From assembly GCF_006345805.1 (NCBI RefSeq), contig NC_042997.1, forward strand, positions 26,164,001 through 26,228,000: a DNA stretch of 64,000 nt, read 5' to 3'. Origin of the DNA: Octopus sinensis (lineage: Eukaryota). A program made the translations under genes and the position numbers. The notes beneath the pieces were generated by a model. That model worked only from the letters and a program-made list of their open reading frames with translations. It did no database searches and was not told the DNA's origin. Positions 14,369 to 28,574 of the stretch are shown here, in pieces (the stretch's first letter is position 1; each line of letters opens with the position of its first letter).

Positions 14369-14860
14369 TTATATGCATAATACCGTGTTGTGTGTTGTAC
14401 CACACGCAAGCAATTTTTGGAACCTGAGCAGAATAACTCGTGCATATCATATTATGATAAATAGCTTCACATAGTTCGTTTTCATAAACCGGTAGACGTA
14501 AATGTACGACGCTATGTTATTGTAACGGTGAACGTAAATAGATGCGAGCTCGTTGGCACTTGTGTGTTTGTGTGGCCTCATAAGTTGAACAAAATCGGAG
14601 CAGTGTCTCGCATGCTTCGAATACCGGCGTCAAGAGGTTATGCTGTTCACTAACATGTTTGAAAAAATTTGCTTTACAAATTTAGCACACCTGTTAAAAT
14701 TCTTTACTTTAGTAGTGCGAAATATTTTTACTACTGTCTTGTTAGATGGTATCTAACTTCAGTGTAGTCATCCAGCATAAGATTTCCTCCTCTCAGTCCA
14801 GATGATAATGATATTAATTGGTGTTTCCCTATAGGAGAATGTTTTCATACATCAGTCTAT

Positions 14861-15247
14861 GAACCCTCGGATCAGCTGGAACCCTCGGATCAGCTGGAAC
14901 TCTCGGATCAGCTGGAACCCTCGGATCAGCTGGAACCCTCGGATCAGTTGGAACCCTAGGATCAGCTGGAACTCTCGGATCAGCTGGAACCCTTGGATCA
15001 GCTGGAACTCTAGGATCAACTGGAACCCTCGGATCAGCTGGAATCCTCGGATAAGCTGGAACCCTAGGATCAGCTGGAACTCTCGGATCAGCTGGAACCC
15101 TAGGATCAGCTGGAACCCTCGGATCAGCTGGAACTCTCGGATCAGCTGGAGCCCTCGGATCAGCTGGAACCCTCGAATCAGCTGGAACCCTCGGATCAGC
15201 TAGAACCCTCAGATCAGCTGAAACCCTCGGATCAGCTGGAACACTCG
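14861..15247. repeat. 18-bp minisatellite (GGATCAGCTGGAACCCTC), about 21 copies
   Basis: Direct reading; it produces the (PADPRV)n and (SWNPRI)n ORFs. Confidence 0.97.
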
Positions 15248-15692
15248 ACACAATATTACAAGCATTTAATTTTAATTTCTATCAACACCCCACTGAAAAT
15301 ATTGTAGCAGATACATATTCTTAGATTTCTGTTTATGGAAATTATTGTGGTGTATAATAAGGGTATTATTCCTGTACCTATCTGTTTGGGATCTCATGAT
15401 CAAGGCAGAAATTGCATCTGTATTATTATACGTACGTACAGACAAGAAACATTGTAAATATACCTTGGGAAAGACAGTTAGAATGTATTTATTTATTTAT
15501 TTATTTATTCAAACGTATATATATATATATATATTTTAATATATTTTCGTGTGTCATTGGCATTATTTTATATACACCTTTTTTCATATTATAGCTCTGG
15601 ACTTGACGCAATTCTATTACGTTGAAGTTGTTAAGATATTTTGTGTGAACTTCGCACGAAAATATTCTCGCTTTATTCAAAGAATATATATG

Positions 15693-15734
<42 letters not shown>

Positions 15735-17149
15735 CATATATGTATATGCATACCTGTGTGCATATGTGTATGTACATATACATACACATATATGTATGTA
15801 TATACATACATATGCATATATCATATATATATATATACATATAAACGTATAAGTATAGGTTTATATATGTGTGTGTATGTATGTATGTATGTAGTATGTA
15901 TGTATGTATGTATGTATGTATGTATGTATGTAGTATGTACGTATGTATGTATGTATGTATGTATGTATGTATGTATGTATGTATGTGTGTATGTATGTGT
16001 GTATGTGGAAAGGTGAAACCAGTATAATGTTGTTGAGCTTACTTTGAATTCATGTAATCCGAAGAAACAAGGGAAAACAGCAAACGAATTAAAACAGAAA
16101 GTGAAATGTCGAAGAGAAGATTTACACGTGTCAAAATTTAGCGAACTGATATCTCAGGGAAAAAGGAATTTTAATATAATGAATAGCAATAGTCGAAATA
16201 GCTTCCCTGCATTGAAAAACGTAGTGCACAACTTTTCAATTACCATATATAACTATATTATCTTTCTCTTATAGATATTTCAGCAGAATTTTTCAAATGA
16301 GAATCAAGCATTTTGGTGAATGTTGATAGTGGCTCGATACTAAAACAAAACCCAAACCTAACTAAATCATCTACAATAGGAATCTTTTTTTAATCAATCT
16401 ATTCCCATGGTAAAAAAAAGATTCCGCGAAGGAGACTTCATAATTATAGGAGATGAGAAAGAGCAAAGTTTTCTTTTCCTGGTCATGTATTTCCCAAACG
16501 TATTTATAATGCCTATGAAATCAAATACTGTGAAATGTTTTGTGAATAAGCCTATACAGAGCTTCCAAGCGGTCGTTGTAACTGACTGAAATAGTTGTTG
16601 AACCATTTTAAGTTACACCATGCCGTTTTAAAAACGGAGAGCAGATCATAGATAGACATATATGTAGATAAAGGAGAAGAGTGATCAGGAATAGAATATT
16701 ATTTCATTAAATGTCTACCAGAAGACAATTAACATGAAATACACGTATCACGTTAATAAGAATGAAAAGGGAAATGAGATTGTGATTTCAGTTTAGCGGG
16801 TGCTGTTTCTCTGGGTTAGTTCGAGGCTTTTTGTTGTCAGCGTGTTTCACACAATGTTCTCATTTAATAGTTACAACTTCATGGATGCTGAAATAACACC
16901 TTCGGCAAGGAAGGACTTGATATAATGGTGAGACGTTTATGATTGGTTCATAAACAATATGGTTTAGGAGATACAGTTGTGCTTGATAGGAAGCGATAAT
17001 AATCTAGATACTGCCAAGTAGAGGACACTATAGTAGCGATAGAGACTTAGAAGAGGAGAAAGCACAAATACGGAGCAGAGTTGGAGTCAAAGAATTTGGT
17101 AGTATGCATGTGTGCATGTAACCTAATCTGGAGTGCACACATGTTCAAC

Positions 17150-17520
17150 AAAGTCAATATGACTCAAAGGTGGAGTCATGGATTTTTAGAACTTCCCAGT
17201 CTGAAGATACTATTGTCATAACCATACTCTATTCTATGTTTGTTAGATGCTAACTTTAAATACTGATGTCTTCCGTGGTCTCCATATACATAACAAAACA
17301 TTATGAGATGTAAAGCATTCCAGATCTCAACCGTGAAAGAAAAACAAAGCAAATGAATGTCATAACACGCCTTGATTATTAGAAATACCGAACAAAGCAC
17401 AAAATCTATTCTCTCCCTTATCTCGAAAGACATCATTAAACAGCACCTTAACAAATTCCTCCATGAAATATCAAATTACCGATACCTGGTTGGATTTTGA
17501 TCGACAATAGTTCCCTGGGT
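17150..17520 (+). pseudogene. Possible decayed CR1/L2-like LINE 3' end
   Basis: Weak peptide NLFSLISKDII...HLNKFLHEIS resembling LINE ORF2 C-termini. Confidence 0.3.
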
Positions 17521-17606
17521 GGTGGTCCGTGGTATCTCCAAACTTGACTTAAAAGTCTTCACTGGGTAGTACAGTGAAGTTAGAAATAACCCCGAGCCAA
17601 TAGATA

Positions 17607-17648
<42 letters not shown>

Positions 17649-18427
17649 TGTGTGTGTGAAGTGTGTGTGTGTGAGGTGTATGGATGTATATGTGCAGATT
17701 TGTATCTTTTGTTCTATGTATATATTCTCAATGCATATAGTTGCATGTCTAGACATGATCATATATACTTAAATTATGAACATCTAAAAAGCTGTACAGA
17801 TTTTTACAGTCCCAGTGATGCCTTAGATCTGTAGTCATCGAATCAGCTTTCTCGTTTCGGGCTTTGAGAAGCCTAATTCCTGAAGATTGGTATTTAGGCA
17901 ATGTGTTACATATCCCAGTGCTCCAATAGTTACAGGCAAAACGTGAACTTGTAATCCGGATAGAGTAACTGTAGAATTCTCAACAGTCTAGTGCAGGTTT
18001 TTTTTCCTTTTCACTGATCTTAGCTTTATGTTAACATCCGCTGGGCAGCTGATTTTCACAACGGTACATATTTCTATTCTTCATCATAAATCACTATGCC
18101 AGGTCTATTATGTTTACATTTTATTGTGGTTTTCACTACTGGGATATTCCACCAGTACTCCCTTTTATTATAAGTGGCTATGGGTTCTATCATACTATGA
18201 GTTCTTATTTCTCCCAACGGACTTCATTATGTATGTATGTATTTATAAATTATATATATATGCATATATGCATACGTATGTGTACATACTTACAGCTATA
18301 CGTGTATATATATATGCATACGTGGGCACAGGAAGTCACGAATCGTTTACAACAAAAAATACGAAGTACGAGTACATGGAATATGAACTATTTTTTCATG
18401 TATGTATGTATGTATGTATTCTTTTTC

Positions 18428-18634
18428 TTTTATCCTTTTATTTTTTTTCAGGCATTTGACTGCGGCCATGCTGGAGAACCACCTTTAGTCGAACAAATCG
18501 ACCTCAAAACTAATCATTGTAAGCCTTGTACTTATTCTATCGGACTCTTTTGCCGAACCGCTAATTTATGGGGACGTGAACACATCAACATCGGTTATCA
18601 AACGATGGTGGGTGGACAAACACAGATACAAAAG

Positions 18635-18678
<44 letters not shown>

Positions 18679-19284
18679 CATGTATGTATATATATATATA
18701 TATAGGGTACGAAAATTAGATAAATTTTTCTACCAGTAGTTAGCATGCATGAAATAGTCAATAGATAACATATACTTCATGTGAAATTAGTGTACTTTTA
18801 TACACAAAGGAGGTGACCTTAACAGGCCACCCTACATGCTAAAAGGAGCAGTGAAACCCCAAGTCCCGTTTAAGAGTATTTTTCTTCCCCTTCGAAATTA
18901 CTCTTAACCTTGGTATGGGCTTTGACTGTTCCTTTTAGCATGTAAGGTGTCCTGTTAAGGTTACCTCTAATTTTTATTTGCTGCCGCCTATAACTACGCT
19001 TGCGCAGTGGTTTTGAAAAATTATAATGTATAAAGATGAGGCATGTACGGTTTGTTTGTCCCATAATTATACGTTAATTTTAGCGCCCTTGCTGATGAGA
19101 ATACAGATAACAAATTATTTATTTGTTCATTAATGTTCGAAATCTAGGTACAAGTTATAACTATTGAAAATATATATTTTTTTCATCCCTTTCGAAATTA
19201 CTCTTAACCGTGATTTGGGCTTTGACTATTCCTTTTAGAATGTAAGTTGTCCTGTTGAGGTCACCTCTTTTGTGTATAAATGTA

Positions 19285-19335
<51 letters not shown>

Positions 19336-19347
19336 ATTATATATATA

Positions 19348-19390
<43 letters not shown>

Positions 19391-19503
19391 ATACGACGGG
19401 CTTCTTTCAGTTTCCGTCGACCAAATCCATTCACAAGGTTTTGGTCGGCCCGAGTCTATATTAGAAGACGCTTGCCCAAGGTACCACGCAGCGGGACTGA
19501 ACT
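18428..19503 (-). mobile_element. SINE family A split by an insertion of about 600 bp in its internal microsatellite
   Basis: 3' half at 18428-18625 and 5' half at 19390-19503, same orientation, separated by TA tracts and the insert. Confidence 0.7.
18810..18967. mobile_element. Small inverted-repeat (hairpin) element; right arm duplicated at about 19185-19268
   Basis: gaggtgaccttaacagg...ctacatgctaaaaggagcag pairs with ctgttccttttagcatgtaag...cctgttaaggttacctc. Confidence 0.7.
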
Positions 19504-19533
19504 CGTATGCAGTTTATAAATACGAGCTAGTAA

Positions 19534-19575
<42 letters not shown>

Positions 19576-19725
19576 TATACGACGGGCTTCTTTCAGTTTC
19601 CGTCGACCAAATCCATTCACAAGGGTTTGGTCGGCCCGAGGCTATATTAGAAGACGCTTGCCCTAGGTGCCACGCAGTGGGACTGAACTCGTATGCAGTT
19701 TATAAATACGAGCTAGTAATATTTT
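19390..19725. repeat. Tandem duplication (about 185 bp) of a SINE A 5' half plus flank
   Basis: Both copies share the junction gactgaactcgtatgcagtttataaatacgagctagtaatattt but differ by several substitutions. Confidence 0.85.
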
Positions 19726-20003
19726 CTGCTTTGGAGACGCGGGTCTAGGCAGGATTTTATAACACCCTTTCTGTCTCCACTCAATATTCAGGCTCTGAGT
19801 ATATGGTCTGAATATTATTTGAAGACATAAGGCGTGTCGTAAAAATCTGATAGACGCGCGACTTCTATCTTTATACTGTGTACAATAAATGATATTCTCT
19901 CTCACTGGATGGAGTAATTTTTTGCTGATCATACATTATCGGAACAGTAACCTACACAACACACACACACACACACAACACACATATATATATATATATA
20001 TTA

Positions 20004-20049
<46 letters not shown>

Positions 20050-20438
20050 TACTGTCCCGTGATGGTAAGATCTACGACAAAGTACTCCATGTGAAAAGAG
20101 TTAAATATTTAATAAATACAATATATGTTATTTTCCTTAAACCGCAAATATAGTGGCTTACAGTCTGTGGTGCGGTTATTCAATGCGGAAAGCGAGGCAC
20201 TTTCCAATTCGTCAACAGAAACTTAGCCATATGTTTTCAGCCCTATAATTGATGATCTGAGGGAAATAACTCTATTATCTACTTTTATCTCTTACTGATT
20301 TCTTTTTCGTTTTCCGGTTGTGGTCAGTGTCTGATGATTGTGCTAGGACACCAGACGTGTTAAAAAACACTGTTTAGCATGTTCTCAGTTCATGAAACTA
20401 ATTAGTAACGCATAAAAACACATATAATTATTAAATGT

Positions 20439-20470
<32 letters not shown>

Positions 20471-20500
20471 AAAAAAAGGAGATGTCGAACACGAGTGGTG

Positions 20501-20978
20501 ATATATAAAAAAGGAAATGAAGAACGCGTCTAAAATTTTGATTGGTCATTATGAAGGGGTCACGTGAATGTTTGAATGGAAGTTGGTGTTGGGGTAAGAA
20601 AAAAGGCTCCAGAGAAGTTAAAATTTGGCTAGTGTCCCGCCTAAAATTTCTTATTGGCCATAATAAAGAGGTCACGTGAATGTTTAGAATTTTCGAAAAT
20701 AGTGTTGTTGAAAATTCTTATTGTTCAGGCTGGTCAGTAGACGTCATGTGGATATTTTAAATAGCTTTTTAGCGCGTATTTAGGGAGTGTATTTTCCATC
20801 AAATCCCAAACAACTCTGGAGCCTCTTTTTTTCACATATAAGAGACAGACTCTAATCTCTCTTTTATATTTTGATAAGCATAACAAATGCGCAACCGGTA
20901 AAAAGAACTTTCACCTAATTAAATTACTTAAATTACTTCAATTATTTGTCAGCATTTTCTTCATTTCCTTTTATATAT
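20501..20978. mobile_element. TA-flanked MITE
   Basis: Terminal inverted repeat ATATAAAA(AA)GGAAATGAAGAA, plus an internal inverted pair aaaaggctccagag / ctctggagcctctttt. Confidence 0.65.
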
Positions 20979-21056
20979 ATATATATATATATATTATCTA
21001 TGTAGGTGTATGCATGTATATGTGTATATCTATCTATCTGTGCATCTATTATCTAT

Positions 21057-21091
<35 letters not shown>

Positions 21092-22019
21092 GATGCACCT
21101 CCGTCTACATATATGTATGTGTGTATGTATATATGTACATGTATACATATGTGTGAATTTTTCTGCATATACGCACAAAAATTCACACACGCAAACATGC
21201 ACACATACATGATATGTATATGCACACACATCTCATTTATTTTCCCACTTTAGGTAATTATACCGTCCGCTTCTGGATTATTAGAAGCACTACTGAATAT
21301 TTTGTTTCTGTGTAGATTATTTGGCTGTTGGCTAATCCTTTACACTGCAGGCTCAGTATAACCACATAAAGATTTTAGAGAACTCACTACTGACGTAAGT
21401 TCGATCTTACAGCATTTCTTCTTTGATACACTGAATTCACACCTGATACATTTTCCAAATTCTTCTTGAATGTATCTATTCGCTAGTGAGAAAGGAAAAA
21501 TACTTTGATAACATACTTCAAACATCAAGACATCTTGCTGGAAAACCAACACCTTGGACAGATACGATATTCACTTGGTAATAATTTAGAGTAATTCACG
21601 TGATTTTTCTTCCTTTTTATGATTTTAATTTTCAGGAAAATGTAGTATTGTCAAATCAGATGGTGTTCTATTAATTTCTGAATATTCAGCTTAGATAATA
21701 TTTACTATTAACCGTATACATCAAATTCTGACACGTTATTTTACGTACGTTCGTATAAGAACACGATGATTGTTATAACTTTACACAGATCAAAATGAAC
21801 ATATATACATATATATGCATATATATATATATATAGATATATATATATATATATATATATATAATACAAACAGATAGATACATGTCTAGATAAGTAGATA
21901 CATACATATATACATACACAGCATATTTACATATGTATATATGCACACACATATATATGCATATATATATGTGTGTGTGTGTATGGATATATATATATAT
22001 AAACAAATATATATACATG

Positions 22020-22090
<71 letters not shown>

Positions 22091-22699
22091 ATACATATAA
22101 TGTATGTGTTTGTATTTGTACGTATGTGCATGTATATGTGCATACGCGCGCACAGATACAAACACACACACACGCACGCGCACGCACACACACCATCGTA
22201 TGTATATGACATGTTCGTTTCGTATTTACATTTTGCTTTGGTTGTGCTTTTTTTTTTTTGTTTTACATATATTTCATCTATTGTATTCTATATTTGCTTA
22301 TTTTTCACATTTTTTTCTTTATTTTGACAAAAACAATTCCTAATACACAGAAAGAGAAAAATAAAAATTACAATTTCTCTAAGATGAAAACAATGATAGC
22401 TGGAAAACATTTTCGTCAACGCAACGAGATTTTTTACTCATTTTCATATAAATGTAATATCGATCGCATTATCAGGATTGAATATAATCATTTTTCCCCT
22501 AAGGGAGAAGAAAAATTGCTAGTAATATGTGAAAGAAGACAACTGACTTGTATTCAGCAATTTATAAGCTATTTCTTCTTGGCTTTCGGTCTTTATCATA
22601 ACTAGAATCTTCGCCATTCATTAATGTTAAACAAAATAAATCTTTTTCTTCTTTTTGCATTTCTCGTCCTTGTTTTGTTAATTTTTATTTGTTTATTAC

Positions 22700-22886
22700 C
22701 ATTCTTCTTCTTCTTCCCCTTCTTCCTCTTCTCCTTCTCCTTCTTCTTCTTCTGTTCTTCTTCTTCTTCTTCTTCTTCTTCTTCTTCTCTTCTTCTTCTT
22801 CTTCTTCTTCTTCTTCTCTCTTCTTCTCTTCTTCTTCTCTTCTTCTTCTTCTTCTTCTTCTCTTCTTCTTCTTCTTCTTCTTCTTC

Positions 22887-22923
<37 letters not shown>

Positions 22924-22975
22924 CATATTATTGTTGTTTTGTTATTATTATTATTACAATTATTATTATTGATGT
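22700..22975. repeat. Compound (CTT)n-(TAT)n microsatellite
   Basis: Direct reading. Confidence 0.95.
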
Positions 22976-23253
22976 TATGTAACTTATTATATGTTTGTAC
23001 TTCTTTTTGCATTTTCCAGATTGCCCTCCAATTGTGTACTGTCATTTATTTAACTCTTCCTTCAGTATTCGACACGCTATTTCTCTTGTTATCCTCCCTC
23101 GCTATACATATCATGTGTGTGTGTGTGTGTGTGTGTGTATGTATATATATATAAGTATATATATATATATACATAAGCACATGCACATATGCACACACAA
23201 ACACACACAGCATGCACATACAAACACACGCACATGCACACACGAACACACAC

Positions 23254-23299
<46 letters not shown>

Positions 23300-23423
23300 G
23301 ATATATATATATATAGTATATATGTCTGTGCATATCTATCTATCTGTCTCTCTATCTAGCGATCGATCTATCAATTTGTCTATCTCTTTCTCTCTATATG
23401 TGTGTGTGTTAGTGTGTATGAGT

Positions 23424-23461
<38 letters not shown>

Positions 23462-24221
23462 CATATGTGCGCCCACCTGTGCTTCGCATTAAATGTACAT
23501 ACATCGTAAAAAGACATGCTATTGTGGTTTTTGTCTGAGATAAAAAATATAATCTGTTCAGAGATGTGTTAAAAACCACAAAATATATCGAAATGAAATG
23601 AACATTGTCGCAGCTGTGGCTCATAGGAATGTAAGACTCGTTTCAACCTGCTTGGAACTTGTGCATAAATTGTACACCCTTTTCACATGATTGACCAAAA
23701 TTTGTCTCGATATATTAGAAACAGTGATTCATGCCTTCAATGATATAGCAGAATGTTAGTCGTTGACAAAACTGAGATAGTATTGACTTATAACAGGTAT
23801 CTGCATATCATACGAAACGTATTAACATTGGTGATCATGAAGGTTTTTTTGAACGTTCAGGATAGCATTCGGCAATATCAGAAGAGTAAATGTATTTTCC
23901 ACTATTTCTTATATATCGAGGTACAAGTATCCTTCAAGCATATGAAGAGCGTGTATACCTTATTGACAAGGCATATGAAGAGTGAGATGCCTCTAACATT
24001 AGCATTGAATCACATCTGTGACGACATTCGTTTCGTTCGACTTATATTCTTAGGAACACATGTTCATGAAACTATTTTTCTTTCAGCCAAAACACACAGC
24101 AGCATACCTCTAAACGTTATATATACACACAGTTTTATAAGTAGACAACTGTTTGAATTTCATGTTACTTTATTACGTTATATCTATCTATCTAATCTAT
24201 CTATCTATTATCTATCTATCT

Positions 24222-24252
<31 letters not shown>

Positions 24253-24340
24253 GTCTTCTAATCTACTGTCTATCTACTACCTACCTATCTATCTATCTAT
24301 CTGTCTGTCTGTCTATCTATCTATCTATATTTTATATATA

Positions 24341-24388
<48 letters not shown>

Positions 24389-24486
24389 GCATATACACAC
24401 AAATACGCGCGCACATACACACACACTCACGCACACGCATACACACACATATATATACATAATTTTTACATCTAACTTTAAACTCA

Positions 24487-24745
24487 GGCGTTGCTATGTT
24501 CTTTGAAGCATGCTTTCCACCCACATGCTTCCGAGTTCCACCTCACTCGTATAGTGGATTTGGTAGACGGAAACAGAAAAATCTTCTATACATGTGTATA
24601 GAGTGTGGATATGTGTGTCTTTGTGTTTGTGCTTTTCTCTCCCACCACCACTTGACAACTGGTGTTGGTGCGTTTTCGTCCCCGCAAATTAGCGGTTCGG
24701 CAAAGGCGGCCAACAGAATAAGTATCATGTTTAAAGAAACCAATC
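24487..24745 (+). mobile_element. Diverged SINE family A-related copy
   Basis: gtggatttggtagacggaaac and cttgacaactggtgttggtg...ttagcggttcggcaaa blocks. Confidence 0.75.
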
Positions 24746-24956
24746 TAGTATTGGGTTGAATATGTTTAGCTAAAAAATTCAAGTTGGCACAGTCTATCTA
24801 AAAGCTCTTTATGGCATGCAATGCATATGCATGTTATATTACTGTATATGTATATATCTATATATCATATCGTATATAGTTATATATATTAGTATATATA
24901 TATAATATATATGTACTATATATTATATCCATATATATCCCCCTTATGCCCCTTAA

Positions 24957-25184
24957 GGACTGAACACGAAAACCATGGACCGTCTCAACATGTAGATATA
25001 GACGTCAAATCGCGCCATTCTCCACAAAGATATATGTTCTACAAATAAATATTTTATTTTATTTGAGACATAATCTTTGTGGAGATTTTATTTATTTTTG
25101 TTATTTGAGAACAAAATCTTTGTGGAGAATGGCGATTTGACGTCTATATTCTAGCTGTTGACTGTCACTTTTCGTGTTCAGTCC
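24957..25184. mobile_element. 228-bp palindromic MITE with TTAA TSD (Kolobok-like termini)
   Basis: TTAA|GGACTGAACACGAAAA ... TTTTCGTGTTCAGTCC|TTAA, with internal arms of about 35 bp also inverted. Confidence 0.85.
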
Positions 25185-25343
25185 TTAATTGGTATATATA
25201 AATATTTAAATCTTCGGATTCTTTTTACTATGCTAGTCCATGGTTTTAAATTGACTAATATCAATTTCTAATTAATTTTAATATTTATATATATATATAT
25301 ATATTCAAACTTCTACACACACACACATAAATATATATATACA

Positions 25344-25495
25344 TACGACGGGCTTCTTTCAGTTTCCATCTAATAAATCCACTCACAAGGCTTTGGTCGA
25401 CCCGAGGCTATAGTACAAGGTGCCATGCAGTGGGACTGAACCCGGAACCATGTGGTTCTTAGCAAACTTCTTAGCACACAGCCATTCCTGCGCTT
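25344..25495 (-). mobile_element. SINE family A, 5' half
   Basis: Head and body match; it abuts a TA tract. Confidence 0.85.
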
Positions 25496-26255
25496 ATATA
25501 TACATATATATATATATACATGCCATACATATATATGGCTTGCTTTCAACTTTGGCTTCAACTTTGTCTTACAGAACCCCCAATGACAATAATGACAAAA
25601 CTTTTCCGGTTAATAATCATAAAACTCAATCTCAAATTCTATGAATTTAATAGCCTATCTTCCTTTATATGAACATAGTAATATAGTGCAAAATCGGCTT
25701 ACGAGCGAAAATGAATATGATTTATAAAGAACCAGAATCGTTTGGCAGATTGGAATACCGCACGATGTTAGCTTCCAGATATATGCAAATTAGGGCGTCG
25801 GTTTATGCAGTGTTCCAGTTTTATGCTTCGTAGGCATATGCAGTCTATATGGACATTGTTTAAAAATATTTTAGCGTGAAATACATAAGATAACAATATC
25901 ATTTATTGTAAAGTATTAAGCAATCTGAAGAGAGTAAGGCCGGTCTTTAGAGTTATACCTGTAATTATTGGGTCACACGTTTTGAGAAATTCATTTTCGT
26001 AAAAATCGGTTTGGACACAAGTGCTATTACATATCATTTTTGGAACTTCGGAAATATGAAAAAATTAAAGTTTAGCCCGCACAAGATATAGATATAAGTG
26101 TTCGTGCATAAACCGCACTAACATATACCTGGACAGTTTTCTAAATTGCAAGGAGAGAGTGTCGTTTCTGGATTGGAAACCGGCTCTTTCTGCATTGGTG
26201 GGGAATTTAAAAAATAAAACCACAAGAACATACTCTCCCCACCATAATAATATAA

Positions 26256-26314
<59 letters not shown>

Positions 26315-27919
26315 TATATATATATAATATATATACAAATATAACATATATATACATATATATATATACATATATATATACAGATATATATATATATATA
26401 TATATATATTTTATTATATATATATATATATATTATATACTCTCACACACACACACAACACAATGCACACATACACACACTTATCTACATACATACATAC
26501 ATAGTATTGTGTGTTTATTTTGCGGGAGTATAAACACTCTGTCCGAGATTGCATTTACTTGCACGAATGATTTAGAAGATCGATAATTCTCTAGTGTTAG
26601 TGGTGGGGGGAATTCTGTTTGCATGATGCAGGGGTTGCGTGGTGGAGACGTGCAAAAAATGTTTGTTCCTGTCGCCAAATCAAATATTTACATATATTAA
26701 TATTTCATAGTCGACAGATTCCAAGCGTGGTCATCACCTGGCCGCGTGAGGTAAGCACAATACTTAATTCCTGAAAGGCAGACGAAGGACAAACAGTACG
26801 ATATAATCATATAATTACAAGCTTCATACACATGGTCCGGCTCAGAGATGGCTCATTCATTTATATAAAATGCGGTTTTTGTCGTTTGACAAACATGAAG
26901 AGCGAATGAGAAGAGGACAAAAAGAAAGAAAGAAAGGAACAGAAGCTGCGAGAGATCGAGAAAAGGGAAAATAAAGGGAAACGAAAACGTGTATAATATG
27001 ACGAAAGTGAGAGGTACGAAAGGAGAAACAAATATATAAATGAGAATGATATAGAGTAAGCAATAGAGTATTTTGTATTATAGATGGATTGGGTGATTAC
27101 GGAAAGGGGAGGATTGGAGAAGGAAATACTCTATAATTGAGGGAAGGAATAGAAGGAAAACGTGAGAAAATACACGGGGGGTGGGGGGAAAGACAGAGTG
27201 AAATGAAGCGATAGAAAGAAGGATAGAAACAGAGGGTGAAGATAGAGAGAGGCAGATAGATATCTACACATGTATACACTGGTTTATAGAATGGAAAACA
27301 AAGGTGAATATAAAAGAATGAGAGCCAAAATTGGCATGAACGTCGGAAATATGTTAGTGTGTATATATATATGAGTGTATGTGGTGTGTGTATGCGTGGG
27401 GGAGGGGTGAGTGAGGGAGAAGAGAGAGAGAAAGAAAGAAAGAAAGAAAGAAAGAGAGGAAGAGAGAAATATGTAGAATGAGATGGTTACATAGTTATGT
27501 ATTTATGCGTGTGTACAAATATGTGTGCATGTATGTGTGTATGAATGTATATATGCATATATACTTGTATGTATGTATGTATGATGTATGTATGTATGCA
27601 TGCATGCATGTATGTACATATGTACGTATGTATTTATGTATGTATGTATGTATGTATGTATGTATGTATGCATGCATGCATGTATGTACATATGTACGTA
27701 TGTATGCATGTATGTATGTATGTATGCATGTGTGTGTGTATGTATGTATGTATGTATGTATGTATGTATGTATGTATGTATGTATGTATGTATGCATGTA
27801 TGTATTATAATTGATATACTGTGCATCAGCTGAGTGACAGAAGAATGAACGTGTGATAAATAGAAGGAAATTGACTTGTAGAGAAATGTTAAAGAAAAAT
27901 ATTATAGTGAGTTATATAT

Positions 27920-28548
27920 CATTTATCTTTTACCATTTCAGTCATTGGACTGCAGCCATTCTCTAGCATTCCTTGAAGTGTTTAGTCAAACAAATCGACC
28001 CCAGTACTTTTTTCTAAAAGGTCTAGTACCTATTCTACTGTTTTCATTTGCAGTGATGTTTACCTGGATGTAAACAAACCAACATCATCTGTTAAGCTAT
28101 GATGCTGAAGACAACTCAAGCATACACACTCATATTTATATTTACACACACTCACACACACACATATATATTCATGCATACATGCATACATACATGCATA
28201 CATATATACATGCGTACATGCATACATATATACATGCATCCATCCATGCATCCATCCATGCATACATCTATACACCTATACATGCATATATACATACATA
28301 GACGCATGCATATATCTATACATATATACAGCCATGCGTGCATGAATACATACATACAAACATACATACACATACATATATACATGCATACATACATATT
28401 TACATACGACGGGTTTCTTTCAGTTTCTGTCTACCGAATCCACTCACAGGGCTTTGGTCGGTCCGAGGCTATAATAGAAAGCATTTTCCCAACGTACTGT
28501 ACAGTGGGACCGAACCCAATACCACATGGTTAACCACGTAGCCTCTAC
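27920..28548 (-). mobile_element. SINE family A with expanded (about 300 bp) internal microsatellite
   Basis: 3' half near 27920-28105 and 5' half at 28405-28548. Confidence 0.75.
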
Positions 28549-28574
28549 TGACTCTGTGTATGGATATCCTCAGA

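Noticed and set aside
14861-15247. CRISPR array
   Set aside because: Contiguous 18-bp units with no unique spacers, no cas genes, and eukaryotic context.
21380-21490. Possible minus-strand exon (RIDTFKKNLENVSGVNSVYQRRNAVRSNLRQ)
   Set aside because: Splice sites are weak and I recognise no homology.
23753-24475. 240-aa ORF as a host gene
   Set aside because: No recognisable domain, and the distal half is (TATC)/(TA) repeat.
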